NCBI GenBank assembly: GCA_963707915.1
Contig: OY970178.1
Location: 1,376,001 to 1,440,000 of the forward strand
From: Candidatus Eiseniibacteriota bacterium
GTDB taxonomy: Bacteria; Eisenbacteria; RBG-16-71-46
Direction: 5' to 3'
Length of the DNA: 64,000 nucleotides
Part shown: positions 1 to 10,945 of the stretch, piece by piece
Numbering within the stretch: position 1 is the stretch's first letter
Layout: every line of letters begins with the position of its first letter
Made by a program: the position numbers and the translations under genes
The notes under the pieces: generated by a model
What the model saw: only the letters and a program-made list of their open reading frames with translations
Told to the model about the DNA's origin: nothing
The model's database searches: none

Positions 1-948
1 GTCCAGCTCCTTCATCGCCTTCGAGAGCACCTCGCGCGGCAGGCGGGCCTTGTGGATGGCCGCGCCCAGCTCGTCGATCTCACTGGCGAACTCGTTCTGG
101 TGGCCGAGCTCCTTGCGGATCGCCTTCAGCTGCTCGTTGAGGTAGAACTCCTTCTGGTTGCGGTGCACCTGCGAGCGGACCTGTCCCTCGATCTTGCGCT
201 CGAGCTTGAGGATCTCCAGCTCGGTCCCCAGCGTCTCCCCCAGCAGTCGCAGCCGGTCGGCCGGCCCCGCGGCTTCGAGCAGCTGCTGCTTCTGCGGCAC
301 CTTGACCAGCAGGTGCGCGGCGAGCGTGTAGCTCAGGGCCACCGGGTCGGTCAGCGCGCCGGCGGTGGCCAGGACCTCGTCGGGGATGCGCCGGTTCAGG
401 CGCACGTAGTCGGCGAACTGTCCCAGCACGTGACGCTGGGCCGCCTCGAGCTCCGCGCCGCCGGCCGGCGGCGCCTCCGGCTCGAGCGCGAGGTTGACCG
501 TGAAGTAGTCGCTCGACCAGAGGAAGCGCCGGGCGCGGCATCGCGCCAGTCCCTCGACCAGCACGCGCATGGTGCCGTCGGGCAGGCGGAAGACCTGGAG
601 CACCCGCGCCAGCGTGCCCACCGGGTGGAGCTCCTCGCGCGTCGGGTCGGCCACCTCGCTGCGGGTCTGGGCCGTGACGAACAGCAGCCGGTCGCGCGCC
701 ACCGCCTTCTCGAGCGCGTTGATCGAAGGCAGCCGCCCGACCAGCAGCGGGATGGTCATCGAGGGGAACACGACGACGTCGCGCAGCGGCAGCAGGGGCA
801 GGCGGTCGCGGACCTGGAAGGTCTCCTCCCCGCGCGTGACGACGAGCGCCGGGGCGCGCCCCGGCTTCTCCGGCGCGGGGGCCGCGCCGGGGGTGGGCTT
901 CGCGGCCGCGGGGGCGCGGTGCTTCGGGCGTGGGCGGGTGGGCGACAC
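1..948 (-). CDS. lon: Lon protease, N-terminal part (runs off window edge)
   Basis: Read manually on the minus strand from GTG at 948 with AAGGAG upstream. Encodes LPLLPLRDVVVFPSMTIPLLVGR (Lon N-domain) and ...QKEFYLNEQLKAIRKELG. Follows clpX. Confidence 0.95.
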   Translation of the reverse strand, partial: MSPTRPRPKHRAPAAAKPTPGAAPAPEKPGRAPALVVTRGEETFQVRDRLPLLPLRDVVVFPSMTIPLLVGRLPSINALEKAVARDRLLFVTAQTRSEVADPTREELHPVGTLARVLQVFRLPDGTMRVLVEGLARCRARRFLWSSDYFTVNLALEPEAPPAGGAELEAAQRHVLGQFADYVRLNRRIPDEVLATAGALTDPVALSYTLAAHLLVKVPQKQQLLEAAGPADRLRLLGETLGTELEILKLERKIEGQVRSQVHRNQKEFYLNEQLKAIRKELGHQNEFASEIDELGAAIHKARLPREVLSKAMKELD

Positions 949-1173
949 GGGGACTCCTTGTGCGGCTCCGCGCGGGCGGACCGGGACCGGACCGGCGCGC
1001 GAAGGTCACTCGCGCGTCACACTACAGCCTGCGCCATCGCGATGCGAGCGAGCGCAGGGGCGCCGCCGGAACGCGCGCCGCGCGGCCGGGATCGAGGCCC
1101 GACCGCGCGGAACCGGGGCGTGGGGCCGGCCGCGCGCCGACGGACCACGGGGTCCGGCCGCGCGCGACCAGGC

Positions 1174-2433
<1,260 letters not shown>

Positions 2434-2449
2434 CGGGGGTCCCGTCTTC

Positions 2450-3034
2450 CTAGCGACGCTTCTCGATGATCTCGTCGATGAGGCCGTACGCCTTGGACTC
2501 CTCGACCGACATGAAGTAGTTGCGGTCCATGTCCTTCGAAATCTGGTCCACCGACTTGCCGGTGTGCTTCGCCATGATGCCGTTGAGCTGGTCGCGCATC
2601 TTGACCATCTCCCGGGTGTAGATCTCGATGTCGGTGGTCTGGCCCTGCGTCCCGCCCGACGGCTGGTGGATCATGATGCGCGAGTTGGGCAGCGCCGAGC
2701 GCTTGCCCTTCGCCCCCGCCGCCAGCAGCACCGCCGCCATGCTGGCCGCCTGCCCCATGCAGAGCGTGGCCACGGCGGGCTTGACGAACTGCATGGTGTC
2801 GTAGATGGCGAGTCCCGCGGTCACGTAGCCGCCCGGGCTGTGGATGTACAGGTTGATGTCGCGATCCGGATCCTCGCCCTCGAGGAAGATCATCTGCGCG
2901 ATCACCAGGTTGGCGATCGTGTCGTCGATCGGCGTGCCGATGAAGATGATGCGGTCCTTGAGCAGCCGCGAATAGATGTCGTAGGCGCGCTCGCCGCGGC
3001 CCGTCTGTTCCACCACGATGGGAACCAGTCCCAT
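2450..3034 (-). CDS. clpP: Clp protease proteolytic subunit
   Basis: [30 protein letters not shown] motifs. Confidence 0.99.
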   Translation of the reverse strand: MGLVPIVVEQTGRGERAYDIYSRLLKDRIIFIGTPIDDTIANLVIAQMIFLEGEDPDRDINLYIHSPGGYVTAGLAIYDTMQFVKPAVATLCMGQAASMAAVLLAAGAKGKRSALPNSRIMIHQPSGGTQGQTTDIEIYTREMVKMRDQLNGIMAKHTGKSVDQISKDMDRNYFMSVEESKAYGLIDEIIEKRR

Positions 3035-3063
3035 GAGCCCCTACCTCCCTGTTCCGTCCCGAC

Positions 3064-4386
3064 TCAACGGCCGGCCGGTATGATGAGCGGCGCTGCACCC
3101 GCCGCCACGTCCTCGATCTCGGCCGCGTCGATCAACCAGTCCAGCGCCTTGTGCTCCAGCAGCGAGTCGCGCAGGGCTTCGCGCCGCTCGGCCGACTGGT
3201 AGCGCGCCCGCACCCGGGCCGCCTGCCGCGGGTCCGACTGCGCCATGCGCTGGATCTCCCCGGCCACCTCCTCGTCGCTGACCTCGAGCTTCTCCTGGCG
3301 CGCCACCGCGTCCAGCAGGATCTCGCGCTTCAGCGAGTGCTCCACGCCCGGACGGTACCGTTCCTCGAGCTGCTTGCGCAGGTCGTCGGGGACCGTCCGC
3401 CCCTGGACCGCCTCCTCGATCACCCGCTCGAGCGTGCGCTGCGTCAGCCCGCCCGGCAGGTCGAAGGGGTTGCGACGGACGAGCTCGGCGGACACCGCCG
3501 AGTCCAGCTCCCGCCGCACCCGAACGCGCTCCTCTCCCTCGAGGTTCTGGCGGACGCGCGAACGCAGCTCCTCGAGCGACGGCAGCCCGAAGACCTCCCG
3601 GGCGAGGTTATCGTCCAGGTCACGCAGTTTCTTCTCCTGGATTTTCCGCACCGAGACCAGGTACCGGGCGCTCTTCCCGGCCAGCTCCCCGGCCGGGTAG
3701 TCGGCCGGGTACTGGATCTCGACGGTGCGCTCCTGGCCGGCCTCCGCCCCCAGCAGCCCGCTCTCGAGCTCGGGCGCCACCCCCGCGGCCCCCAGCTCGA
3801 TGCGCCGGTTCTTCGCCCGCGTGCCCGACATGCGCCGGCCATTGGCGTCCACCCGGACCGAGTCGAGCAGCACCACGTCGCCGCGCCCGGCCGGCCGGGC
3901 CAGGTCCGCGAAGACCGCCGAGTCCTCGAGGAGCTGCTGCAGGACGGCGGCCACCGCGGTGTCCTCCACGGGGGCGGCGCTGCGCTGCACACGGATGCCC
4001 TTGTAGTCCTTCGCCTCCACCTCGGGCCGGACCTCGACCACCGCCTCGAAGCTCAGCGGCTTGCCGGGCCCGAAGTTGAGGTTGCGCACGATCGGCGTGA
4101 CGACCGGCATGAGCTTCGCCTCGGCGATGGCCTCGGTGGCGAAGCGCGGCACGAAGGTCTCGAGGAACTCCTGCTCCACCGCCTCCGCGTACTGCTGCCG
4201 CACCATGTCGAGCGGCACCTTTCCCTTGCGGAAGCCGGGCAGGCTCGCCCGGCGCTGCATCTGGCGGGCGACTTCCTCCAGCCTGCGCTCCACTTCCTCC
4301 GCCGGGACCTCGATGTCCAGCGTGTGCTGCCAGTTGCCGGTCGAACGTACGGTCTGGTTCATGCGTCGAGTCTCACTCCGTGACAT
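3064..4386 (-). CDS. tig: Trigger factor (alternative start at 4362)
   Basis: PGFRKGKVP ribosome-binding signature. tig-clpP-clpX synteny. Confidence 0.95.
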   Translation of the reverse strand: MSRSETRRMNQTVRSTGNWQHTLDIEVPAEEVERRLEEVARQMQRRASLPGFRKGKVPLDMVRQQYAEAVEQEFLETFVPRFATEAIAEAKLMPVVTPIVRNLNFGPGKPLSFEAVVEVRPEVEAKDYKGIRVQRSAAPVEDTAVAAVLQQLLEDSAVFADLARPAGRGDVVLLDSVRVDANGRRMSGTRAKNRRIELGAAGVAPELESGLLGAEAGQERTVEIQYPADYPAGELAGKSARYLVSVRKIQEKKLRDLDDNLAREVFGLPSLEELRSRVRQNLEGEERVRVRRELDSAVSAELVRRNPFDLPGGLTQRTLERVIEEAVQGRTVPDDLRKQLEERYRPGVEHSLKREILLDAVARQEKLEVSDEEVAGEIQRMAQSDPRQAARVRARYQSAERREALRDSLLEHKALDWLIDAAEIEDVAAGAAPLIIPAGR

Positions 4387-4411
4387 GGAAGGAACGTCGG
4401 TCCGGGGATTC

Positions 4412-4493
4412 TGCGAGAGGGGGGATTCGAACCCCCAAGAGTTTCCCCACCGGATCCTAAATCCGGCGCGTCTGCCAGTTCCGCCACTCTCGC
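4412..4493 (-). tRNA. tRNA-Leu(TAG), CCA not encoded
   Basis: GCGAGAG acceptor stem, anticodon arm CCGGA-TTTAGGA-TCCGG, long variable arm, GGTTCGAATCC T-arm. Confidence 0.96.
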
Positions 4494-4573
4494 ACTGGAA
4501 GTCCTGGGGAACCGCGGACCCCGGGATCCGGCAGTCCGTCCCGGGCCGGGGCCACCGGGCCGGAAGCGGGCGC

Positions 4574-4582
4574 AGTCTAGCA
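4574..4582 (-). promoter_or_regulatory. Putative extended -10 promoter for tRNA-Leu/tig operon
   Basis: TGCTAGACT (TGn-TAnnnT) about 80 nt upstream of the tRNA. Confidence 0.4.
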
Positions 4583-4653
4583 CATGGCGCCGGGCGCGGA
4601 CCGGGGGCCCCGGGCGGCCGGGCGGGCTCGTCCGCGTCCCGCTCCGGGCCTCC

Positions 4654-5778
4654 TCAGATCCCGACCGTCACGCCGGCGACCACCCGGTCGTCGTACGACG
4701 CGGCCCGCCCGGGGCGGGCGAACGAGCGGCGCATCGCGCCCAGGTCGAACCGCAGGGTGCCGGACTTCCAGCCCGCGCCCAGCGCGAAGGCGCCGGCACG
4801 CGGTTCGGGCGCGCCGTCCTGCTGCTCCTGGCCCAATCCGAAGCGGATGGTGAGCGGCTGCCCGGGCTCCTCGTACTCGAATCCCCCGGTCCAGCTCGCC
4901 GCGCGCCCGCTCGTGGCGCCGAAGCCGTCCCACGCCTGCGCGGTGCGGCCTCCCAGCGAGGCGAACACGCGCAGCACCTCGGTCACGCTCCAGCGTGCCG
5001 AGAGGCCCCCCTCCCAGCCCGCCGCGCGCGCCGCCGCGACGTCCTGCACGAGCTCCCCGGCGGCGCGCGTCTCCGTGCCGCGGAGATCGAGCGACGGCAC
5101 GTAGCGCAGCGCGGCACCGAGCGTGACGGCCGCGGCGACCGGCACGCGCGCGCCCGCCTGGAAGCCGACGCCGTCGCCGGAGAAGTCCACGTGGTCCTGA
5201 CGGCCCTGGTAGACCGATCGGAAGTCGTAGGAGTCCTCGCGGCGCGTCCATTCCACCGCCGCACCGAGCCGCGCTCCCCGCCAGGCCCGCGACAGCGCCA
5301 GCCCGGCGCGCAGCTCGCGCGCGCTGCTGGTGACGGCGAAGGTGCCCGGGGGCCCCGTGTCGTCCGGCTTGGTGGTGAACGTCGCGTCCTCGGACCGCAG
5401 CACGGGATCGAAGGCGTAGAGCGTGAGCCCCACGCCGCGCACCGGGAGCGACAGCCAGCCCCCCGCGAGGTCCAGGTTGCCCTGCGTCTCCTGGTAGTTG
5501 GCGTAGTCCACGAGCAGGTCCTGCCGCTTCACCCGCTGGAACTCGGGCGCCACCATGACGCCGCGGGCCGGCGCGGCCGAGGGATTGTCGAACGGCTCGT
5601 CGCCCAGCCAGCGGTCGGAGAGCCCGAGCCCGGTCGACGTCGCGGACGCCGGGCCCGAGAAAGCGCCCGGGAAGGAGTAGAAGCGAACGAGGTCGAGCGG
5701 GGCGGGAGCCTGGGCTGCCGCACCCGAAGCCGTGATCAGGAGCACGGCCGCACACCAGCAGGACAACGAGGTCCGCAT
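4654..5778 (-). CDS. Outer-membrane beta-barrel protein, FadL/OmpP1/PorV-like
   Basis: Signal peptide MRTSLSCWCAAVLLITASGAAA, N-terminal DNPS (NPA-like) motif, amphipathic strands, C-terminal VAGVTVGI. Confidence 0.6.
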   Translation of the reverse strand: MRTSLSCWCAAVLLITASGAAAQAPAPLDLVRFYSFPGAFSGPASATSTGLGLSDRWLGDEPFDNPSAAPARGVMVAPEFQRVKRQDLLVDYANYQETQGNLDLAGGWLSLPVRGVGLTLYAFDPVLRSEDATFTTKPDDTGPPGTFAVTSSARELRAGLALSRAWRGARLGAAVEWTRREDSYDFRSVYQGRQDHVDFSGDGVGFQAGARVPVAAAVTLGAALRYVPSLDLRGTETRAAGELVQDVAAARAAGWEGGLSARWSVTEVLRVFASLGGRTAQAWDGFGATSGRAASWTGGFEYEEPGQPLTIRFGLGQEQQDGAPEPRAGAFALGAGWKSGTLRFDLGAMRRSFARPGRAASYDDRVVAGVTVGI

Positions 5779-5780
5779 GT

Positions 5781-6998
5781 TCACGCTCCGTACTTGTCGA
5801 GGCGGCCGGCGTTCGCCATCAGCACGGCCATCAGGTCCTTGCTCGGGAACACGCCGAGGCTTCCGGCGCGCGCGTTCCGCTCGTGGAAACGGGGCAGCCG
5901 GTCCGCGCCGCAGAAGGGCGCGTGCACCAGCGTCGGCACCGGGTGCCAGGAGTGCTGCTTCACGGGCACCGGCGTCGAGTGGTCGCCGCTCACGCACAGC
6001 ACGTCGGGCGCGAGCGCGAGCAGCGCGGGCAGGGCCTGGTCCACGGCCTCGATGGTGGCGACCTTGGCGGCGAAGTCGCCGTCCTCGCCGGCCTGGTCGG
6101 TGCCCTTGACGTGGATGAAGAAGAAGTCGTGGTCGTTCCACGCCTTCGCGGCCGCCGCGAAGGCGTCGCCGGGGGTGTCGCCCACCGGCAGCACCGCCAT
6201 CCCGGCGAGCTGCGCCACCCCGCGGTACATCGGGTAGGCGGCCAGCGCCGCGGCGCGCAGCTTGAAGCGCTCGCGGAGGCCCGGGAAGTGCGGGTGCGCC
6301 GAGAAGCCGCGCATCAGCGCCGCGTTGGCCGGGCGCTCGTCCTTCAGCACCTCGGCGGCCCGCGCGACCAGCGCGTTGACGATGCGTGCGGTCTTCGTCG
6401 CGCCGGCCTCCTTCGTCAGCGGGAGCGCCGGCGGGATCTTCTTTCCCTCCTTGTGCGGATCGGCGTCGCTCACGTCGCCCGTCATCCCGGGACCGCGCAG
6501 CACCACGACGAAGCGGTGCCCCTTGCCGGGACGGATCAGGATCTCGACGTCCTCGAGGCGCGGGACCGCCGTCGTCAGGCGCGCCACCAGCCGCGCGCAC
6601 TCCTCGCTCGGGATGCGTCCCGCGCGCCGGTCGGTGATCACCCCGGCGGCATCCACGGTGCAGAAGTTGGCGCGGGCTGCGACGTCGCCGGGCTGGAGCT
6701 CGAAGCCGGCGCCGATGGCCTCCAGCACGCCGCGCCCCACCACGGTCTCGACCGGGTCGTAGCCGAAGAGCGCGAGATGCCCGGGACCGCTGCCGGGCGT
6801 GATCCCGGTCGCGACCGGCAGGATCCGCCCCATCGCGCAGCCCGGCGCGAGCGCGTCGAAGTTCGGCGTGCGTGCCGCTTCGAGCGGGGTGAGCCACTCG
6901 CGCTCACGGTTCGGCAGGTCACCCAGCCCGTCGAGGACGAGCAGGACGATCCGGGTCGTGTTCTCGATGGCGAGCGATTCGACGAGCGATGGGGTCAC
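5781..6998 (-). CDS. apgM: 2,3-bisphosphoglycerate-independent phosphoglycerate mutase (ApgM/archaeal type)
   Basis: LDGLGD, TPLEAARTP, PGSGPGHLALFGY, HVKGTD, GDHSTP, HSWHPVP. GTG start at 6998 after AAGGAG. Confidence 0.92.
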   Translation of the reverse strand: MTPSLVESLAIENTTRIVLLVLDGLGDLPNREREWLTPLEAARTPNFDALAPGCAMGRILPVATGITPGSGPGHLALFGYDPVETVVGRGVLEAIGAGFELQPGDVAARANFCTVDAAGVITDRRAGRIPSEECARLVARLTTAVPRLEDVEILIRPGKGHRFVVVLRGPGMTGDVSDADPHKEGKKIPPALPLTKEAGATKTARIVNALVARAAEVLKDERPANAALMRGFSAHPHFPGLRERFKLRAAALAAYPMYRGVAQLAGMAVLPVGDTPGDAFAAAAKAWNDHDFFFIHVKGTDQAGEDGDFAAKVATIEAVDQALPALLALAPDVLCVSGDHSTPVPVKQHSWHPVPTLVHAPFCGADRLPRFHERNARAGSLGVFPSKDLMAVLMANAGRLDKYGA

Positions 6999-7287
6999 GA
7001 AAGACGCTCCTTCGGAATGGCAGGGGTGGTCGCGGGCCCGGGTCCGGGCCCGCGGCCGAAGGAGGCCCGGCGGCTCACTCCCCCGGCAGGACCGGTCGGA
7101 TGGACTGTAGCGAAAACCCGGCCGCGCGAGAAGCGCGACCTGCGGCCCCCGCCGCCCGCTGCGACCCCGCGGACGAACCGGCCTCGACCGGGCCGCGGGG
7201 GCGCGGCCACGCCGGGACCCGGCCCGGGCGGGCGACGGCGCGGCTCCCCCTTCACGCACGACTCGAAGTCCCCTCCGGGAGCCCGGT

Positions 7288-7707
7288 TCACTCGCCGATC
7301 ACCTTGACCAGGACGCGCTTCCTGCGGCGGCCGTCGAATTCGCCGTAGAAGATCTGCTCCCAGCGCCCGAGGTCGAGCCGGCCGGCGGTCACGGCCACGA
7401 CCACCTCGCGTCCCATGACCTGCCGCTTGAGGTGCGCGTCCGCGTTGTCCTCCCCCGTGTCGTTGTGACGGTACTGCTCGACCGGCGCGTGCGGCGCCAG
7501 GCGCTCGAGCCAGCGCTCGTAGTCGCCGTGCAGCCCGGCCTCGTCGTCGTTGATGAAGACGCTGGCCGTGATGTGCATGGGATTCGCCAGCACCAGCCCC
7601 TCGCGCACCCCGCTCTCGCGCACCACGCGCTCCACCTCGGGCGTGATGTTCACGAACCCGCGCCGGTGCGGCAGTTCCATCGTCAGGTACTCGGTCTTCG
7701 ACTTCAT
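7288..7707 (-). CDS. yjbQ: YjbQ/UPF0047 family protein (secondary thiamine-phosphate synthase activity)
   Basis: [30 protein letters not shown]. Confidence 0.93.
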   Translation of the reverse strand: MKSKTEYLTMELPHRRGFVNITPEVERVVRESGVREGLVLANPMHITASVFINDDEAGLHGDYERWLERLAPHAPVEQYRHNDTGEDNADAHLKRQVMGREVVVAVTAGRLDLGRWEQIFYGEFDGRRRKRVLVKVIGE

Positions 7708-8044
7708 CGGCTCGTCGCCCTCCGCTGCGCGCGGTCGTCGCCGCCTTCCGGACGCGCACGACGGTCGTGGCGTCCCGGCACCTGCCCATCCCCCGGTCCG
7801 GGACCGGACCGGGGCCCGAGTCTCGCACAGAGCGGCACTCGGGGAATCACCTTCGCTTGATCCGGCCTCTCAGGCGTGAGCGGCAATCGTCTGCCGCACA
7901 ACGCGGTCCCGGGCACCCCCGCCCCACCCCGTGCCCCGGCGGCGGCGGCCGGCCGGAGCGCCGTGCGCCGGTTGTGGGAGGGTGTCCGGCGGGCTACTCT
8001 GCGGCCTCGCCCGACGACCCGTCACCCTGGAGTCTCCGAGCCCC

Positions 8045-9298
8045 ATGGATCAGCCAGCGCCGATGTACGACTGGAACGAGGCCGGCGAGCGCTGGGAGAA
8101 GCCCGCGTTCCGCATCCAGATCGACGACCAGACGCTGCGCGACGGGCTGCAGGCTTCCTCGGTGCACAGCCCCACGCTCGAACGCAAGATCGCCATCCTG
8201 CACCTGATGGACCGGATCGGCGTGGACACCGCCGACCTCGGCCTGCCGGGCGCCGGTCCGCACGCGGCGCGCGAGGTGACGCGGCTCGCCCAGGAGATCC
8301 GCGACGCGCGGCTCGCCATCCGCGCGAACTGCGCGGCGCGGCCGCTGCGGACCGACATCGCGGCCATCCTCGAGATCTCGCAGGCGGTGGGTTTCCCGAT
8401 CGAGGTGTGCGTGTTCATCGGCTCCTCCCCCATCCGGCGCTACGCCGAGGGCTGGACGGTGGACCAGATGCAGCGCAGCACCGAGGAGGCCGTGGGCTAC
8501 GCGCTCACCAGCGGGCTGCCGGTGACCTGCGTGACCGAGGACACCGTGCGCGCCGGGCCCGACACCCTGCGCCGGCTGTTCCTCGCCGCGATCCGCAGCG
8601 GCGCCGGGCGGCTCTGCCTCTCCGACACGGTGGGGCACGCCACCCCGGCGGGCGCGGCGGGCCTGGTGCGCTTCGCGCGCGAGGTGGTGCGCGAGAGCGG
8701 CGCGGAGGTGGGCCTCGACTGGCACGGGCACTCCGACCGCGGCCTCGGCGTCGCCAACACGCTGAGCGCGATCCGGGCCGGGGTGAGCCGCGCGCACGGC
8801 TGCGCGCTCGGCCTGGGCGAGCGCGCGGGCAACACGCCGCTGGACCAGTTGCTCGTGAACCTGCGGCTGCTGGGCTGGATCGACAACGACCTCACCGCGC
8901 TCGACGAGTACTGCCACGCGGTGAGCTCCGCGACCGGCGTGCCGATCCCGCCCGGCTACCCTGCGATCGGCCGCGACGCCTTCCGCAGCGGCAGCGCCGT
9001 GCACGCCGCGGCGATGCTCAAGGCCGTGCGCGAAGGGCGGGAGACGATCGCGGAGCGGGCCTACTCCGGCGTGCCGGCGGAACTCGTCGGACGCCGCCAG
9101 GACATCGAGATCGGCCCGCTCAGCGGTGCGGCCAACGCGGCCTGGTGGCTCCAGAGCCGCGATCTCGACCCCACGCCCGAGCGCGCACAGGCGCTGCTCC
9201 AGCGTGCGCGCAGCGTGGATCGCGTCCTCACCGAGACCGAGATCCGCGCGGTGCTGGACTCCCTCGAGGAGACCCGCGAGCCGCGGGAGCTGCCATGA
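8045..9298 (+). CDS. LeuA/homocitrate synthase-like DRE-TIM metallolyase without regulatory domain
   Basis: DQTLRDGLQ, LSDTVG, HGHSDRG, GLGERAGN. Confidence 0.85.
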   Translation: MDQPAPMYDWNEAGERWEKPAFRIQIDDQTLRDGLQASSVHSPTLERKIAILHLMDRIGVDTADLGLPGAGPHAAREVTRLAQEIRDARLAIRANCAARPLRTDIAAILEISQAVGFPIEVCVFIGSSPIRRYAEGWTVDQMQRSTEEAVGYALTSGLPVTCVTEDTVRAGPDTLRRLFLAAIRSGAGRLCLSDTVGHATPAGAAGLVRFAREVVRESGAEVGLDWHGHSDRGLGVANTLSAIRAGVSRAHGCALGLGERAGNTPLDQLLVNLRLLGWIDNDLTALDEYCHAVSSATGVPIPPGYPAIGRDAFRSGSAVHAAAMLKAVREGRETIAERAYSGVPAELVGRRQDIEIGPLSGAANAAWWLQSRDLDPTPERAQALLQRARSVDRVLTETEIRAVLDSLEETREPRELP

Positions 9299-9389
9299 GC
9301 CGGCGGCGGACGGCGGGCCCGGCGGCGCGAACAACGGCCGGTCGCGGACCCGCCCGCCGGCCGCTCGCCAGGGCCGTCCCGCGCCCGTG

Positions 9390-9842
9390 CTAGCGGCTGC
9401 CGGAATTCTCGGCGTTGGGTGACAGCCGCCGCTCGATCCAGCGATACCACTCGAGCACGACCAGCGTGAGCACGGTGCCGAAGATGGCCAGCATGTAGGC
9501 GTGCACGCCGACGGCCGTGCCGATCGCCGCCACGATCCAGATGCTCGCCGCGGTGGTGAGGCCCGCCACGTAGCCCTCCTGGCGCATGATGCTGCCCGCG
9601 CCCAGGAAGCCCACGCCGGTGATGACCCCGTGCACGATGCGCGTGGGATCGAACTGGTTCATGCCGAAGCTCCGCATCGCGTGCGGCGCCAGCAGCACGA
9701 ACATGGTCGACCCGAGGCAGACCAGCACGTGCGTGCGCAGGCCCGCCGGCTTGTGCCCCAACTGCCGTTCCCAGCCGATGATGGTGCCGAGCACGGTCGA
9801 GAGCAGCATGGCGAGCAGGTCCCGCACCTGGGTCGGGTCCAC
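9390..9842 (-). CDS. MgtC/SapB family membrane protein
   Basis: IGWERQ..KPAGLRTH, GVGFLGAG, GLTTAASIW. Confidence 0.93.
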   Translation of the reverse strand: MDPTQVRDLLAMLLSTVLGTIIGWERQLGHKPAGLRTHVLVCLGSTMFVLLAPHAMRSFGMNQFDPTRIVHGVITGVGFLGAGSIMRQEGYVAGLTTAASIWIVAAIGTAVGVHAYMLAIFGTVLTLVVLEWYRWIERRLSPNAENSGSR

Positions 9843-9843
9843 G

Positions 9844-10638
9844 TCATCTCCCCCGGAAACCCGCGGGACGCTTCTCGAGGAAGGCCCGCAGCCCCTCGCG
9901 CATGTCCTCGGTGGCCGCCAGGCGGCCGAACCTGGCGCTCTCGAGCCGCAGCCCCGCGTCGAGCGTCACCTGCATGCCGTCCCGCATCGCCTCGATCGCC
10001 GCCGCCACGGCCAGCGGCCCGTTCTTGAGGATCGCGAGGGCGAGCGATTCGGCCTCCGCGAGCAGCGCGGCCTGCGGCACCACCCGGCTCACCAGGCCCA
10101 GCCGCAGCGCCTCGTCCGCGCGCACGCGGCGTCCGGTCGCCACCATCTCGATGGCCGGCCCCAGCCCGATGGTGCGCGGCAGCCGCTGCGTGCCGCCGTA
10201 ACCGGGGATGGCGCCCAGCCCCACCTCGGGCAGCCCCAGCACCGCGTTCTCGGCGGCGATCCGGACGTGGCAGGCCAGCGCCAACTCGCAGCCGCCGCCG
10301 AGCGCGAAGCCGTTGACGGCGGCGATGACCGGCTTCGCCGAGCGCTCGATGCCGTCCATCACGGCCTGGCCGGCGCGCGAGTATTCCTCCGCCTCGTCCG
10401 GGCCCAGGGCCGCGAGCTCCGCGATGTCGGCGCCCGCGACGAAGCTCTTCTCCCCCACGCCGGTCACGACCAGGGCGCGCTGCCCGGGGTCCTCGGTGAA
10501 GGCGCGCACCGCCCGCCCGATCTGTCCCAGGGTGTCGCGGCTCAGGGCGTTCAGCCGGTCGGGACGGTTCACCGAGAGCACCGTCACCGGGCCGCGGGGA
10601 TCGAGGAGGAGATCGGGGAACGCCGCAGCATTGCTCAT
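9844..10638 (-). CDS. Enoyl-CoA hydratase/crotonase family
   Basis: NRPDRLNAL, FVAGADI, NGFALGGGCELALAC, GLPEVGLG.IPGYGGTQRL. Confidence 0.95.
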   Translation of the reverse strand: MSNAAAFPDLLLDPRGPVTVLSVNRPDRLNALSRDTLGQIGRAVRAFTEDPGQRALVVTGVGEKSFVAGADIAELAALGPDEAEEYSRAGQAVMDGIERSAKPVIAAVNGFALGGGCELALACHVRIAAENAVLGLPEVGLGAIPGYGGTQRLPRTIGLGPAIEMVATGRRVRADEALRLGLVSRVVPQAALLAEAESLALAILKNGPLAVAAAIEAMRDGMQVTLDAGLRLESARFGRLAATEDMREGLRAFLEKRPAGFRGR

Positions 10639-10707
10639 GTCGGTGGGCTCCTTGCGGCTCCGGGAAGGATGAAGGCCGGGCTCACCCGGCCTGGCGGTGC
10701 GGACCGC

Positions 10708-10737
10708 AGTATAGGAATCCGTCGCCACCCGAGGCAA
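10708..10737 (-). promoter_or_regulatory. Sigma70-type promoter for the enoyl-CoA hydratase-mgtC pair
   Basis: TTGCCT-18 nt-TATACT about 70 nt upstream of the start. Confidence 0.55.
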
Positions 10738-10945
10738 GACCCGATGGGATCCCTTGTACGAGAGCAGCATGGTGACCGCGTTGGAGCAGCGAAGTGACCG
10801 CTCCGGTCTGAACCGGCGGTCGGGGGGGACGGAAGCAGCACCCCGACGGCACCGCCCCGGCCCCCTGTGCCCCACGCCGAATGGTCTGGCGGTACGGGAA
10901 TCGTTCGGGCTAGACTCCCCTCCGACCCCGCTGGAGGAGGCAACC

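Noticed and set aside
4412..4493. tRNA-Leu as an integration site
   Set aside because: tig follows directly in conserved synteny; no integrase or duplicated tRNA 3' end seen
10810..10845. SRP (4.5S) RNA suggested by GAACC...GGAAGCAGC
   Set aside because: Lacks the conserved CAGG-stem-GGAA tetraloop arrangement of SRP helix 8
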